A stretch of DNA of 64,000 nt from assembly GCF_004010195.1 (NCBI RefSeq), contig NC_057718.1:102923566-102987565 (forward strand), in the 5' to 3' direction. Positions 50,471-61,684 of the stretch are shown here, piece by piece. Position numbers and translations under genes: made by a program. Position 1 is the first letter of the stretch, and every line of letters starts with the position of its first letter. The notes below the pieces were generated by a model. It did no database searches and had not been told where the DNA came from. It saw nothing but the letters and a program-made list of their open reading frames with translations. This stretch comes from Chiloscyllium plagiosum (taxonomy: Eukaryota).

Positions 50471-51227
50471 CAACAAAAAAATCAGAATGTGCTGGAGAAA
50501 CTCAGTAAGGGTCTGGCAGCCTCTATGGGGAGAGAAACAGAGTTAACATCTCACGTCCCATGAGCCTTCCCTGGGCCAGCCCTCAGATGTTTCTAATGTT
50601 TCAGAGCTCATCTTCCAGAATTTCCCCATTTTCCTTCGCTCAGCCCCACCAGCGGTAAAAGTGATTGGGTGAGTGTGCAGCCTGGAAAATCAGACCCTGA
50701 AAGGAGCCCAGGTTTGTAAAGCCCCTTTTGCACATTTTTCGAATTTCTCAAAGATCCCAGTAACCAATGAGGCCCCACTGGAACATTGTTACTGCCTCCA
50801 TGTGACGAGAATGCAGCTTCCACCACATGGTGCAGAGCAAAATCCCAGAGACAGCAAGGGAAATCATGACTGTGTGATCTGGACTCGTGACAGTGATTGA
50901 GGGATAAACGTTGGCTAAGATTCTGGGGAAAATGCCACAGCACTTCCTTTAACAGTGTCTTGGGATCGGTTTCCGAAGGGGAGTTTGTTTCAGAAGAATG
51001 AGGAGGGATCTCCTAGAGATCTATAAAATTCTGACAGAGCTAGAGAGGGGAAAGGCATGATGGATATTCCCAATAACAGGGCTGTACAAAGCCAGGGGTC
51101 ACAGTGCAAGGATACAGGGTCGGTCATGTAGAACTGAGATGAGGAAGAATATCTTCACCCAGACAGTGGGGAGCCACAGATTGTGGTTGAAGCCAAAACA
51201 CTCTGAATGATGACTGAATTAGATGAC

Positions 51228-51462
51228 TGTAGTGATTGGAACGAGGTCAGCAGGTCAACTTTATAGAATATGAGTTCCGTGATTGGGGCTGTAAACCTGG
51301 CCCAATCAGGGAGTCCTGGCTGACAGATAGAAACAGGAGTGTCAGGAGTTCTGTTCACTCTGAGAGCTGGCTCTGAGCTAGCTGGGTCAGCGTCAGGTAC
51401 TGTGCACATGTAAATAAAGGCTGACTTAGTGACAGAATACCGGCCTGCATGGAGATATTTCA
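51228..51462 (+). mobile_element. Solo LTR, 235 bp, 5-bp TSD ATGAC, inserted in an old CR1
   Basis: TG...CA termini; ATGAC at 51223-51227 and 51463-51467; internal CCAAT and AATAAA. Confidence 0.8.
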
Positions 51463-52004
51463 ATGACCAGCTGAGATCATACAGAAGGGCCAAATGGCAT
51501 ACTCCTGCTCCTTTCTTTAATTTTTTATTTGTGAGTCCCAGCTGAAAGCTAACTCCTCCAACAGTGCAGCTCTGTTGTACTGGACTATCAGTGTGCATTG
51601 GGCACTCAAATCCTCAGAAGAGAGGATGCTGACTCATAGACAAGAGAGACTACTCCCGGTTAGCGTCTTGAAAGCAAATTGGCCAAGTCTGATTTTTCAA
51701 ACTGTATGTATTTCCATGGAACACCAGAAAATCAACGGAACTGATATGGAAGATCGCAAGGATGATCCTTTGTGTTTGTTGGGTCAGAAGGTTGTGGCCC
51801 TGCCTATTGATTGATGCTCTGAGCCAAGGAGAGGATTAAAATAGCCAGCTACCTCACTCCTTAATGCTGCTTTGGGAGCCCTGAGGTTAGCCTCTTTGCA
51901 AATGGGCATCTGGGTGGGTTTATCTGTGAAACCTCATATCGTTAAAAATCTTCCATCAGTTCAACTGGTTCACGTTAAGCATTGTTTGTGGAGGTGCCAG
52001 TGAG

Positions 52005-52505
52005 AACATAACAGCTAGGCGCAGGAGTAGGCCGCCTGGCCCTTCGAGCCTGCTCCACCACTCAGTAAGATCATGGCTGATCTTTTCGTGGACTCAGCTC
52101 CACTTACCCGTCCTCTCACGTAACCCTTCATTCCTTTATTGTTCAAACATCCATCTTTGCCTTAAAAACATTCAAAGAGGTCGCCTCAACTGTTTCACTG
52201 GGCAGGGAATTCCACAGATTCACAACCCTCTGGGTGAAGAAGTCCCTCCTCAACTCAGTCCTAAATCCACTCCTCCTTATTTTGAGGAAGTGTCCACTAG
52301 TTCCAGTTTCACCCTCCAGTGGAAACAACCTCTCTGCTTCTATATTATCTACTCCTTCAAACTTTTATGGTTCTATAAGATTCCTATTATCATTCTTCTA
52401 AATTCCAATGAGTATAGACCCAGTCTACCAAATCTCTCCTCATAAGCCAACCCTCTCAACTCTGGAATTAACCTAGTGAACCTCCTCTGCACCCCCTCCA
52501 GGGCC
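52005..52505 (-). mobile_element. CR1 LINE 3' fragment
   Basis: LEGVQRRFTRLIP...FFTQRVVNLWNSLP. Confidence 0.9.
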
Positions 52506-52666
52506 AGTCCACCCCTCGATTGCTGGTGTACATTAGGAGTGAATGACTGCCTGCAGAAGGGTTGGGGACATTTGTGAATCGAGAGGGGGGGGGAGAGGAG
52601 TGTGTGACAGGAGAGTGAAGTTTCTATTGAAAAAAATAGATCCGTGTCTGTCACATATTTCTTAAC

Positions 52667-52825
52667 TTGCATTATCTTCAAGTGAACGCTCTGCTCAGTA
52701 GAAAACCGAAATGTAAGCCTTGTGATTCGCTGTTTCTCAGAGTTTAGGTCAAAACACTTGTCGTTTTTTTTTCCAGTTTTCTGAACTTCATTTTCTCTGT
52801 GATACATCAGGAGAGCAGGTTTGAA
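52667..52825 (-). pseudogene. Candidate dynein pseudo-exon (159 nt, phase 0/0)
   Basis: CATAG| acceptor, CAA|GTTAAG donor; open 53-codon frame FKPALLMYHRENEVQK...VHLKIMQ; phase matches the next exon. Confidence 0.45.
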
Positions 52826-55364
52826 CTATGAGTCATATAAGAAGGTGAGAAAGTAATAACTTTCTGTGGTTTTTACAAGCAGCAAGGGCCTGTGTGCCAA
52901 CTGCAGCTCCTTCAGACACACTCTCGAGGTTTCACTGATAATATACTCATAGCAAATGAGGTTAGAACCTTCACCTTCTAGCCTTTAGTGAAGTGCTTTG
53001 AAACTAGCTTTTTGTATTGTTTTAAAGGTCATTCCATTTGTGGTATAGTGAGAGTATTACAGCACACACCGCCAGACTGTGCACTGAGCAGTGGTTTTCG
53101 TTGTTCCTCACAAATAGACTCTCGCCCGCCTTGAAATTGCCTAACAGCAGGACCAGAAATGTCCACCGCTATAATCTTTCGATTTCAGAATTAAATTTTA
53201 ACCGTGGCTGGTTGTGAGTGGTTTTAACTATTTGAACTCCCTCTGAATGTTTGACCAGGTCTGCTTACTTCCATCCTAACAATGGTTGCACACCAAAGAT
53301 ATTTCATTGGCTTGTAAGGCATTTTAAGACGTCTGGGGGTTGTGCAAGGTGCTACATAAATGCAAGCCCCTTTTTTCTTTAAATTAATGTTTTCAAGTGG
53401 TCATCCCTATACATCTGTGCTTGTGCACACACACACACACCTTATGCTGCACGTATATTTGGTTTTTCTGTTCAAACCACATCTTGAGTGTTCTAAACTT
53501 CTCTGATTCCGAAAGTTGGGGACAATACATTAGATGTAGAACCAAGTGCAGTGTAATTTACCAGAGTGATGCCTGGACTCCAAACTTTAACATAGGAAGA
53601 GAGATTCCATAAACTAGGATGCATTCCCTGGATTGAGAAGGTTTCACTCTTGTGTGGGATATGAGTGTCACTGGCGAAGTCAGCATTTGTTACCGATCCC
53701 TATTGTCCCTTGAGCTGATTGGCTTTCTTGGTCATTTCAGAGGGCAGGTAAGAGTCAACCATGCCACAGTAGGTCTGTAGTCACATGTAGGCCAGACCGA
53801 ATAAGGACAATGGGATTTCATTCCCTAAAGGAGTTGAGTGAATAGATTTATACTGCAATCTTTTCAGGTCTATTGCTGCATTGTAGATTTCATTCATGTC
53901 TTTAAATTTTATCAGATCTTGTGACGGGAATTGAACTCACGCACACAGAATATTGGCCTGGGCCTATGGATGATCAAATCCCTCCAGTGTGGAAGCAGGC
54001 TAAACACTGGTTTCCTAGCTCTCTTCTGAATTATGGCGTAGAAATATAGGAACAAAGCAAATAGGATATTGATGAACCACAAGAGTCACATGTGAGTTAC
54101 CCCTAACCTTCAGCACTGTATTATACCAAGAGCATGTGTTATGACCATGTGCGGAGGGAGAATTGACTCCCCTCCTTATATCCAAATCCACTGGTTGCAA
54201 CAAGTTTATTTTAGCATGCAACCCTCACAATTCAATTAAATATAGCTCGCTAGAAAATGAGTGAGCCAATTTATGAAATGAAAGAAAAGGAAATTTTTAA
54301 CTGCTTGCCAATTCCTAAACTAAAACAATAAAACACATACACACACAAACACAGGTGATACGTTTAACAAGAGGAGTGTGATATAGATAGGTGGAGTTAA
54401 GGTATGCAGTTTAACACTTCACAGAATCTTTGAGGTGCAGGAGATGACCATGAGTCCATGGCAGTTTGGTTGTTGTCTGGTTTCCTCAACAGCAATTACA
54501 TTTAAATTAAATTCTCCTCGCTCTACTGTCTTTCCCAGATGCAATCTTTCATCTCCCGAAATTGGGAACTTATCGAATAAGTGCGAAGTAAACAGGATGC
54601 AAACTTCACATCCGACTGAGTTGTCTGATCGCACTGTTTTTGGCTGCTTGCAGCTTGCTTAATGGATTTTATCTGGGACCCCTGGACTTTCCACTATATG
54701 TCCCCAGAGGATCACAGCAGCTATTTCAATCTTTATGATGTGGAGGTGCCGGTGTCGGACTGGGGTGGACAAGGTCAGAAGTCACACAACACCAGGTTAT
54801 AGTCCAACAGGTTTATTTGAGATCACAAGCTTTCGGAGGGCTGCTCCTCCCTCACCTGATGAATTTACGTTTCACCATCTGCTGTGATGATATTCCAACC
54901 TACATCCCCAGGCATCAACCTGGAGTTCTGGATTACTGGCCCAGCAATACCAGCCTGTGCCACCATATCACTCAAATTCCCTTTCTCTACTGAGTATCAA
55001 GGCCTGTTCCATTAACAGTGAGTAGAGGACAAAGTACCCACGGGTCTTAACAAGAAGAGGCACCTGTCCTACCATCAAAATGGATTGTGTTGCATGTTTG
55101 TAATAGGTACAAATTACATGGCTGGTTAGACATAGTTACCAAGATAATCAGGAGCCAGAGATAATATTTCTAACTCCAATCAGGATCTCAATCTCGATTC
55201 TTCACACCCAGACTGTATGATCTCATCAGATTAGGTGGAGCCTATTAGCTCTTAAATGCATCAGTACTATCCCCCTCTACCCAATCCATGTAGTAGTGAG
55301 TCCTATATTCTCACTGGGTGCAGAAATTTCTTTTGAATACCCAACTGGATTTATTGGAGATGAC

Positions 55365-56000
55365 CAATAAGTATGCAGGTATAGCAGTTAATAAGGAAGG
55401 CAAATGGATCTTTGACATTTATTTCCCATTATTAACAAATTGAGAATAAAAGTAGAGAAGTGTTGTTGCAACTGTATAAGGCATTAATGAGAACACGCAC
55501 CTGGGTATTGCATACAACTTCCGTATCTTACTTAAGGAAAGATGTAGTTGTATTGGAGGCAGTTCGGTGGAGGTTCACTGGATTAATTCCAGAGATGAGG
55601 CATTTGAAGAGAGATTGAGCAGTTTAGGCCAATACTCCCTGGAGTTGAGAAGAATGAGAGAAGATCTAATTGAGGATGGTAAAGGGGACTGGCAACGCAG
55701 AGGGAATGTTTCCCCTTGTGGGCGAACCTAGAATGAGACATCATAGTGTTAGGATAAGGAGTGACAGATTTAAAACAGAGATGAGGAGGAATTATTTCTC
55801 TCATAGGGTGGTGAATCTGTGGAATGCAGTGCAGTGGATGCTGGGACATTGAGTACATTTAAGGAGGAGATAGATGGATTTTTAATTAGTAATGGGATGA
55901 CGGGTTATGGAGAGTGGGCAGGAACGTGGAGTTGAAGCTGAGATGTGATCAGCATGATCATATTAAATGGCTGGAGGGGCTGAATGGCCTACTCCTGCTC
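55365..56000 (+). mobile_element. CR1 LINE 3' fragment
   Basis: NYFSHRVVNLWN. Confidence 0.85.
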
Positions 56001-56179
56001 CTAGTTTGCACGTCCTTAACAGCGTGGGCTCAATTCCCATCACCAGCTGAGGTTACCATGAAGGATTCTCCTTCTCATCTTCTCCCTTCACCTGAGGCCC
56101 AGTTACCCTGAGGTTAACTCACCCCCAGTTGTCCCTCTCTCTCTCTCTCTGATGAGAGAGTGGGACAGTGGTGACTTCA

Positions 56180-56844
56180 CCTTTACTCTATACAGTCTGG
56201 CAGCAAGATACAAATCTTTTCCAGAAAAGGAGCAACCAAAAAACTCCCTCGATGAACAGCCATTTAGATTGTTTGTCCCAATCCCGCATGAAATCCTCCC
56301 CATCGAGAGCCGCAGTAATAGCTCAGCATATTGCAGGGTGTGAAGGGTTTAATCAATCTTAGTATTGGAGTGTGACATGTAACTCCTGATGCCATTTCTG
56401 GATCAGGCATCATGAAGCTGTGAATTTAGGAAGAGGCCAGAATCCGATGGAGATAAGTTGAAGCCAGCACTCCACCAATCTACCAACCATGTTTCTTTCT
56501 ATGTGTAATATTCCCATATGCTGAAAATGTGTTGCTGGAAAAGCGCAGCAGGTCAGGCAGCATCCAAGGAGCAGGAGTATCGACGTTTCGGGCATGAGCC
56601 CTTCTTCAGGAAGCCCTTCTGCAGTCCTCACTTTCTCCTAATATTCCCATATGGAAAAGACTCCCTGCCCAAATCGGTGACATTGCAGACTTATTTCAAA
56701 TCGTTAGAAATCTGTAGGTATCCTTAACCTGCAGCTGAAATCTTCACCACCAACAATGGGACACTTTGTATCAAAAAAAGCTTCTCTTTACAAATATTCT
56801 TCCACAGACTGATTGGTGCCAAGAAGTTTGGGAATCAGTTGCTG
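56180..56844 (-). pseudogene. Candidate dynein pseudo-exon (tail) interrupted by a short retroelement
   Basis: ATACAG acceptor; QQLIPKLLGTNQSVEEYL and, in a shifted frame, VKDTYRFL resemble single-headed dynein tail motifs (PxTVEEF..., VKELYDL); insertion at 56521-56638; 3' end approximate. Confidence 0.4.
56521..56638 (-). mobile_element. Hammerhead-bearing short element with 15-bp TSD
   Basis: TAATATTCCCATATG at 56506-56520 and 56639-56653; minus strand CTGAAGA-A-GGGC-TCAT-GCCC-GAAAC. Confidence 0.9.
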
Positions 56845-58754
56845 CTGTATTTTGGTATGTACAGTAGTTAAATATTAACCACTGTCTCTCTGAAACTGGT
56901 TTTCCCATGGAACTTATCTTTTCAATATTTTGGACACTGTAATGTATTTATTCCAGTTTATAACCTGTGTGGTAGCTTCCCATGGTTGTGTGGGAAAGTC
57001 ATTTTGGACACCATCAACAGTTTAAACTGCACAAAGATATGAGAAAGGTCAACAACTTCGTACAGTCATATATCTTCAATGCAGAGGGAAGTTTCAGCGA
57101 AATGGCATGGTTATATATTTAGCTGCTATTGATTAGAGATAGCAGGGCACTTAATTCAACAAACCATTCCCGCTTTTACATAACTGAAAGTATTTTTATT
57201 GATGGGCCAGTTTGGAAATACCTGAAGATGGTTTACTGTCTATTATCCCTTGAGTGCTGGTGGTGAGAGTGCAATGCAGAAAATCAATGGACTGTTACAA
57301 CTCTAAAGTAGGCCATTTGGCCCATCCTATCTGTGTTGTCTCTTTAAAACAGGTTATCCAATTAATTCCATTCCCAAGTTGTTGCCCCCATGATAATGGA
57401 AGTTTGGTTGGTGCATATTGTTAGAATATGTTGACATGCCTGGGTACCAGCCATTGGAGCCTATGATCAGGTTGGAGTGCTGCCAACTGCCAACTCCCTA
57501 TGCCAGTCTAAGGGGCAGTTTAGACATCTGCGGTAGGGGATGGACCACAGGAGAGGCTGTTATATCGAGATGCAGTTTGTTACGTGCTTGCACTTAGAAA
57601 CATGTGACATTAACACTGAGGCAGATTAACTTATCCTAACACATTGTAGGTAAGACACATGGATCTCCATGAAGACAATGTGTCAAAGTGCTATCTGTCC
57701 AACCTGGCTGATTGTGGTTTTATGGATCAGAATGAGTGAAATTTTAGATTTGCTGATGGATTAACCCTCTCATATCCATTACGCCATCTACAACACAATA
57801 ATGACTTTTACTTCTTTGCTATTCTCTCACGGAATGTGAGCATTGCTGACCATTGTCTGTCCTTAATTACCTTTGAACTGTGTGACATGTGAGACCATTT
57901 CAGAAAGAATGTAAGAGTGCGCCAATTGCTGTGGGTCTAGAGTCACATGTAGGCCTCAGCTGGTGAGGTGGCAGATGAAGGACATTAATGTAGCAGACAG
58001 GATTTTGCATGCTACTGGTAACAGTTGTTATGTCACATTTATTTTGGGAGATACAGTGAAAAGTGTTCTGTGTCCTTCTCATTTCTCCAACAATTTCTGT
58101 TTTAGTTTCAGATCTTCAGTGCCTGCAGGGTACACAGTGTTAGCATGCCATGTTTCAAGTGACTCTAGTTAAGATGGAGTTTGAGACCATTTTGCCATGG
58201 GGGTCACATGCTATGATAATCTAACATGATGATATCATAAGCATATCAGTTAAAGGTATGCCACATTCTAGTGCTATGTAACAAAACAGATTGCAACATT
58301 AGTGTTATATATGGGGAGGGAAACAGTTAACAAAGTATCTCCACAGATGCTGCCAGACCTGCTGAGTTTCTCCAGCATTCTCTGCGTTTGTTTCAGATAT
58401 CCAGCATCTGCAATATTTGATTTTATTCAGTATTTCATTTCATTAGGGCTTAACAAGTGATCTGTCCTCTCTTCATTGGCAAGCTTAGAATGAGAAACAT
58501 ATCCTCTTGATAGACACTGCAAAAGCCAGCTCTGAATCACTGAATTATTAAATATGACAAATACAACAAAAAGAATTCTTTACTGGACAGTTTTCATTGT
58601 TAAAACCAGGAATAATTGCATTATTTATTCACAACGGTTTGCTTTATCAATTGGAAAAAAAACTTTTAAAGCATAAACTCAATCAACAGATGTTTGATAA
58701 ATACAACACTTCTGTTAAAATATGATTGAACTGTACAAACATTGATTGGACCCC

Positions 58755-58975
58755 CGTCACACAGATGCTAAAATGTGCAGAATAAGGTGATTCCTATGAG
58801 GGGTTATTGGCACAAGATCACAGCACAGTACTTTCGTTGACAGATAGGCAGCTGATAAAGACCGCATCAGGTCAACGGATGACGTGATGAATTTTCTGGG
58901 GAAGTGTGGGTTTGTGCAAAAGACAAGCTCTCTATGTGTGGTGTATTTATCAATGGTGACACTGCATCAGTACAC
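58755..58975 (-). pseudogene. Candidate dynein pseudo-exon (tail)
   Basis: Frame VY*CSVTIDKYTTHRELVFCTNPHFPRKFITSSVDLMRSLS loosely resembles the tail 'ELVFEPS...' segment; boundaries uncertain. Confidence 0.3.
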
Positions 58976-59198
58976 CTGACATGACTAACGCCTGTCTATT
59001 TCCAGGCACTGCCTGCTGAGACCTCTGTCAGTGACACTAGGGTTATTTACAAAGAAAAGAATCTATCTGTTACAAGGACATGACATTAGCAGTGTCAGAT
59101 AACAAAAGAGGTAATCTTCTTCTAGTCTGAATGAAAGATATACAATCAACAAAGGTTCTAAAGAGGCTGCAGTGCACTGGGGCTTGTTGGCACCGTAC

Positions 59199-59575
59199 CT
59201 GGAATCTCCTGCAATATTGTCTTTACCCCACTGATTAGATTAGGAATTATTAATGGGATGTATAGAGTGCAGCCAGGGTCACTTAAAGTTTAATTCTTTT
59301 CTCATTTAACTTAATTTTGGCTGATGTAATTGTTATTTCTTGTGTCCGATGTACTTTAAAGAGACGCAAATCTCATTCTTAGTGATGTAGTCATAACATT
59401 CTTAGGACAAGAGCCACTGGCTTCATTTTCTGATCAGCCAGGCAGCAATTTTCACAAGGTCAAGTTGATACCCCAGCAAACATGGAGTGGGCAGGGGATT
59501 CGTCGAGTTGGAGCTCAGCCTTAGCAAGCTGCTTTTCTCACTTGTATTGTTCCCCGTGTTGAGATTTGACGGTGT
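59199..59575 (-). pseudogene. Candidate dynein pseudo-exon (tail), 5' side cut by a CR1 insertion
   Basis: Donor CAG|GTACGG at 59199/59198 in unique sequence; partial frame EKQLAKAELQL; weak protein similarity only. Confidence 0.25.
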
Positions 59576-59576
59576 G

Positions 59577-59947
59577 GAGTGATAGAGATATACAGCATGG
59601 AAAAGAGACCCTTCAGTCCAACTCGTCCGTGCTGACCAGGTATCGCAACCTAATCTAGTCCCATTTGCCAACACTTGGCGCATATCCATCTAAACCCTTC
59701 CTGTTCATATACCCATTCGGATGCCTTTTAAATAATGCTATTTTACCAGCCTCCACCACATCCTCTGGCAGCTCATTCCATACATGCACCACCTTTTGCA
59801 TGAAAAAGCTGCCCCTTAGGTCCCTTTAATATCTTTCCCCTCTCACCCTAAACCTATGCCCTCTCATTCTGGACTCCCCCAGCTCAGGGAAAAGACTCTG
59901 TCTATTTATCCTATCCATGCCCCTCTTGATTTTATAAACCTCTATGA
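59577..59947 (-). mobile_element. CR1 LINE 3' fragment
   Basis: Reverse complement of the young CR1 3' end. Confidence 0.9.
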
Positions 59948-61121
59948 GGCCTTCTACACTGTCTTTATAGAAGCTATTGCTATTTGTTTAAAACTGATGG
60001 GAGCTTGACTCAACTCCGGCCACGTGTTCAATATATGTGCAAACATAGGAATGAGGATCAGCTGAAAACCATTCAGCCCTTTGAGTCCGTTCCTCCATTC
60101 CATAAGACTGTAGCTGATCTGGTTTCCAGCTTCTTGCTTAATTCTTCCATCACCTTTGACCCCCTCGTTAGTCAAGAATCTACTAACCACTGCCTCAAAA
60201 CTATTCAAAGACAAGGCCACACCCCCACACACAGCTCTCAGGGAACCAGAGTTCAAAAGAATCCCAAACCTCTCAGAGAAAATATTTCTCCGCATCTCCA
60301 TTTAAATGATGATTGTTTACTTGATAATTGTGTCCCCTAGTTCTTGTCTTCCTGGCAAGAGGATCTCCATCCATCTCCTTCCATCTCCATCCTGTCAAGT
60401 TCTCTCAGCGAGGTAAAAACAATAACTGCAGATGCTGGAAACCAGATTCTGGATCAGTGGTGCTGGAAGAGCACAGCAATTCAGGCAGCATCCGACGAGC
60501 AGCAAAATCGACGTTTCGGGCAAAAGCCCTTCCTTACAGATGAATGCATGTAGTCATCGTTAAGATGATAGATGTGAATCTAGGAAACTGTGTAAGTCCT
60601 GTTTTAACAAATATATCCAAATTTTCTGTTTCATATTTTGTTTCGGTTAGGGCTTTTGCCCGAAACGTCGATTTTGCTGCTTGTCGGATGCTGCCTGAAT
60701 TGCTGTGCTCTCCAAGTTCTCTCAGCGCCTTAAATATTTGCATAACATCATCTCTCGTCTTCCTACACTCCAATAGACACAGGTCCACCTTGTCCTGTTG
60801 TATTGGGCAATTTTTGGTGGTTCACAGTTGGGGTAGAGAGTTGCCACCAATCCTCTAATTATCAGTGGTAGATGAATCACTACAGACTTTTAACAAGAAG
60901 ATATATTCCTCATATGACACAGCACAATTTACTGCATGATGGCAATAGATACAATTAACATTGACTAAACAGGCATAATTACAACTATTAGGAGCTAAGT
61001 AAGACACCTCTGTCTACCTCTCCACTGGAGGTGCTGGTGTTGGACTGGGGTGGACAAAGTTAAAAATCATGCAACGCCAGGTGCTTGTCCAACAGGTTTA
61101 TTTGGAAGCATTGCTTTCGGA

Positions 61122-61680
61122 CAGCTGCTCCTTCATCAGAGAGGAGAAGTGGGGATGTTTGCTGATGATTGCACAACATACTGCACCATTCACCCCTCCT
61201 CAGATACTGAAGCAGTCCATGTGCAAATGCAGCAAAACCTGGATGATATTCCAACTGAGCTGAAAATTGGCAAGTTTACATTCGCGCCACACAAGTGGCA
61301 GATAATGACTATTCCCCAGACAGAGACAATCCAATCCCTGTCCATTGGCATTCAATGACATCATGATTGCTGATTCCCCCCACTGTTAACACCATTGGCC
61401 AGAAACTGAACTGGACTAGCCATACTAATGCAGTGGCTACAAGAACAGGTCAGAGACTAGGAATGCTGCAGTGAGTAACTAACCTCTTGACTCCCCAAAG
61501 CCTGTCCACCATCTACAAGGGACAATTCAGGACGGTGACGGAATACTCCCCACTTGCTTGAAAGGGTACAGTCCCAAAGCATTCAAGAAGCTTGACACCA
61601 CCCACTTGATTGGCACCATATCCACAAATATCACTCAGTTTACCCCAGTAGCAGCAGGATGCGTCATCTACAAGATGCAC
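61122..61680 (+). mobile_element. L2/CR1-group LINE RT fragment
   Basis: EVGMFADDCT motif; same family as 48190-50470. Confidence 0.8.
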
Positions 61681-61684
61681 TGTA

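Larger units (their letters stand above)
1287..59575 (-). pseudogene. Multi-exon, highly divergent dynein heavy chain (axonemal DNAH/DNHD1-like) pseudogene, tail/linker through AAA4 and start of stalk
   Basis: Chain of minus-strand AG...GT exons with matching intron phases. Spliced translation gives dynein-like motifs in canonical order: FFHTLVIWLKF (linker), FPYYDGMLSRLLVP (~FPYGYEYLGNTSRLVITP, AAA1), WTTQIEELGQTLI*RHACRIV (~KVIQLYETMLVRHGLMLV, AAA2), LHREVEATVFLNPPGSHH (~LHKKVSATFLPTPAKSHY, AAA3 lid), ATNLVLF (~PMNLVLF, AAA4), IPAMFT (~VPNLFT), NFQVKPAS (~NYVTPTS). Many in-frame stops. Recognised by eye. Confidence 0.8.

Noticed and set aside
56808..56854. Plus-strand micro-exon (CCACAG|...|GTATGT)
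   Set aside because: No partner exons found, and it overlaps the better-supported minus-strand dynein-like frame.
1287..59575. Assigning a specific symbol (DNHD1, DNAH6, DNAH14)
   Set aside because: Too divergent to assign orthology by eye; needs phylogeny and synteny.
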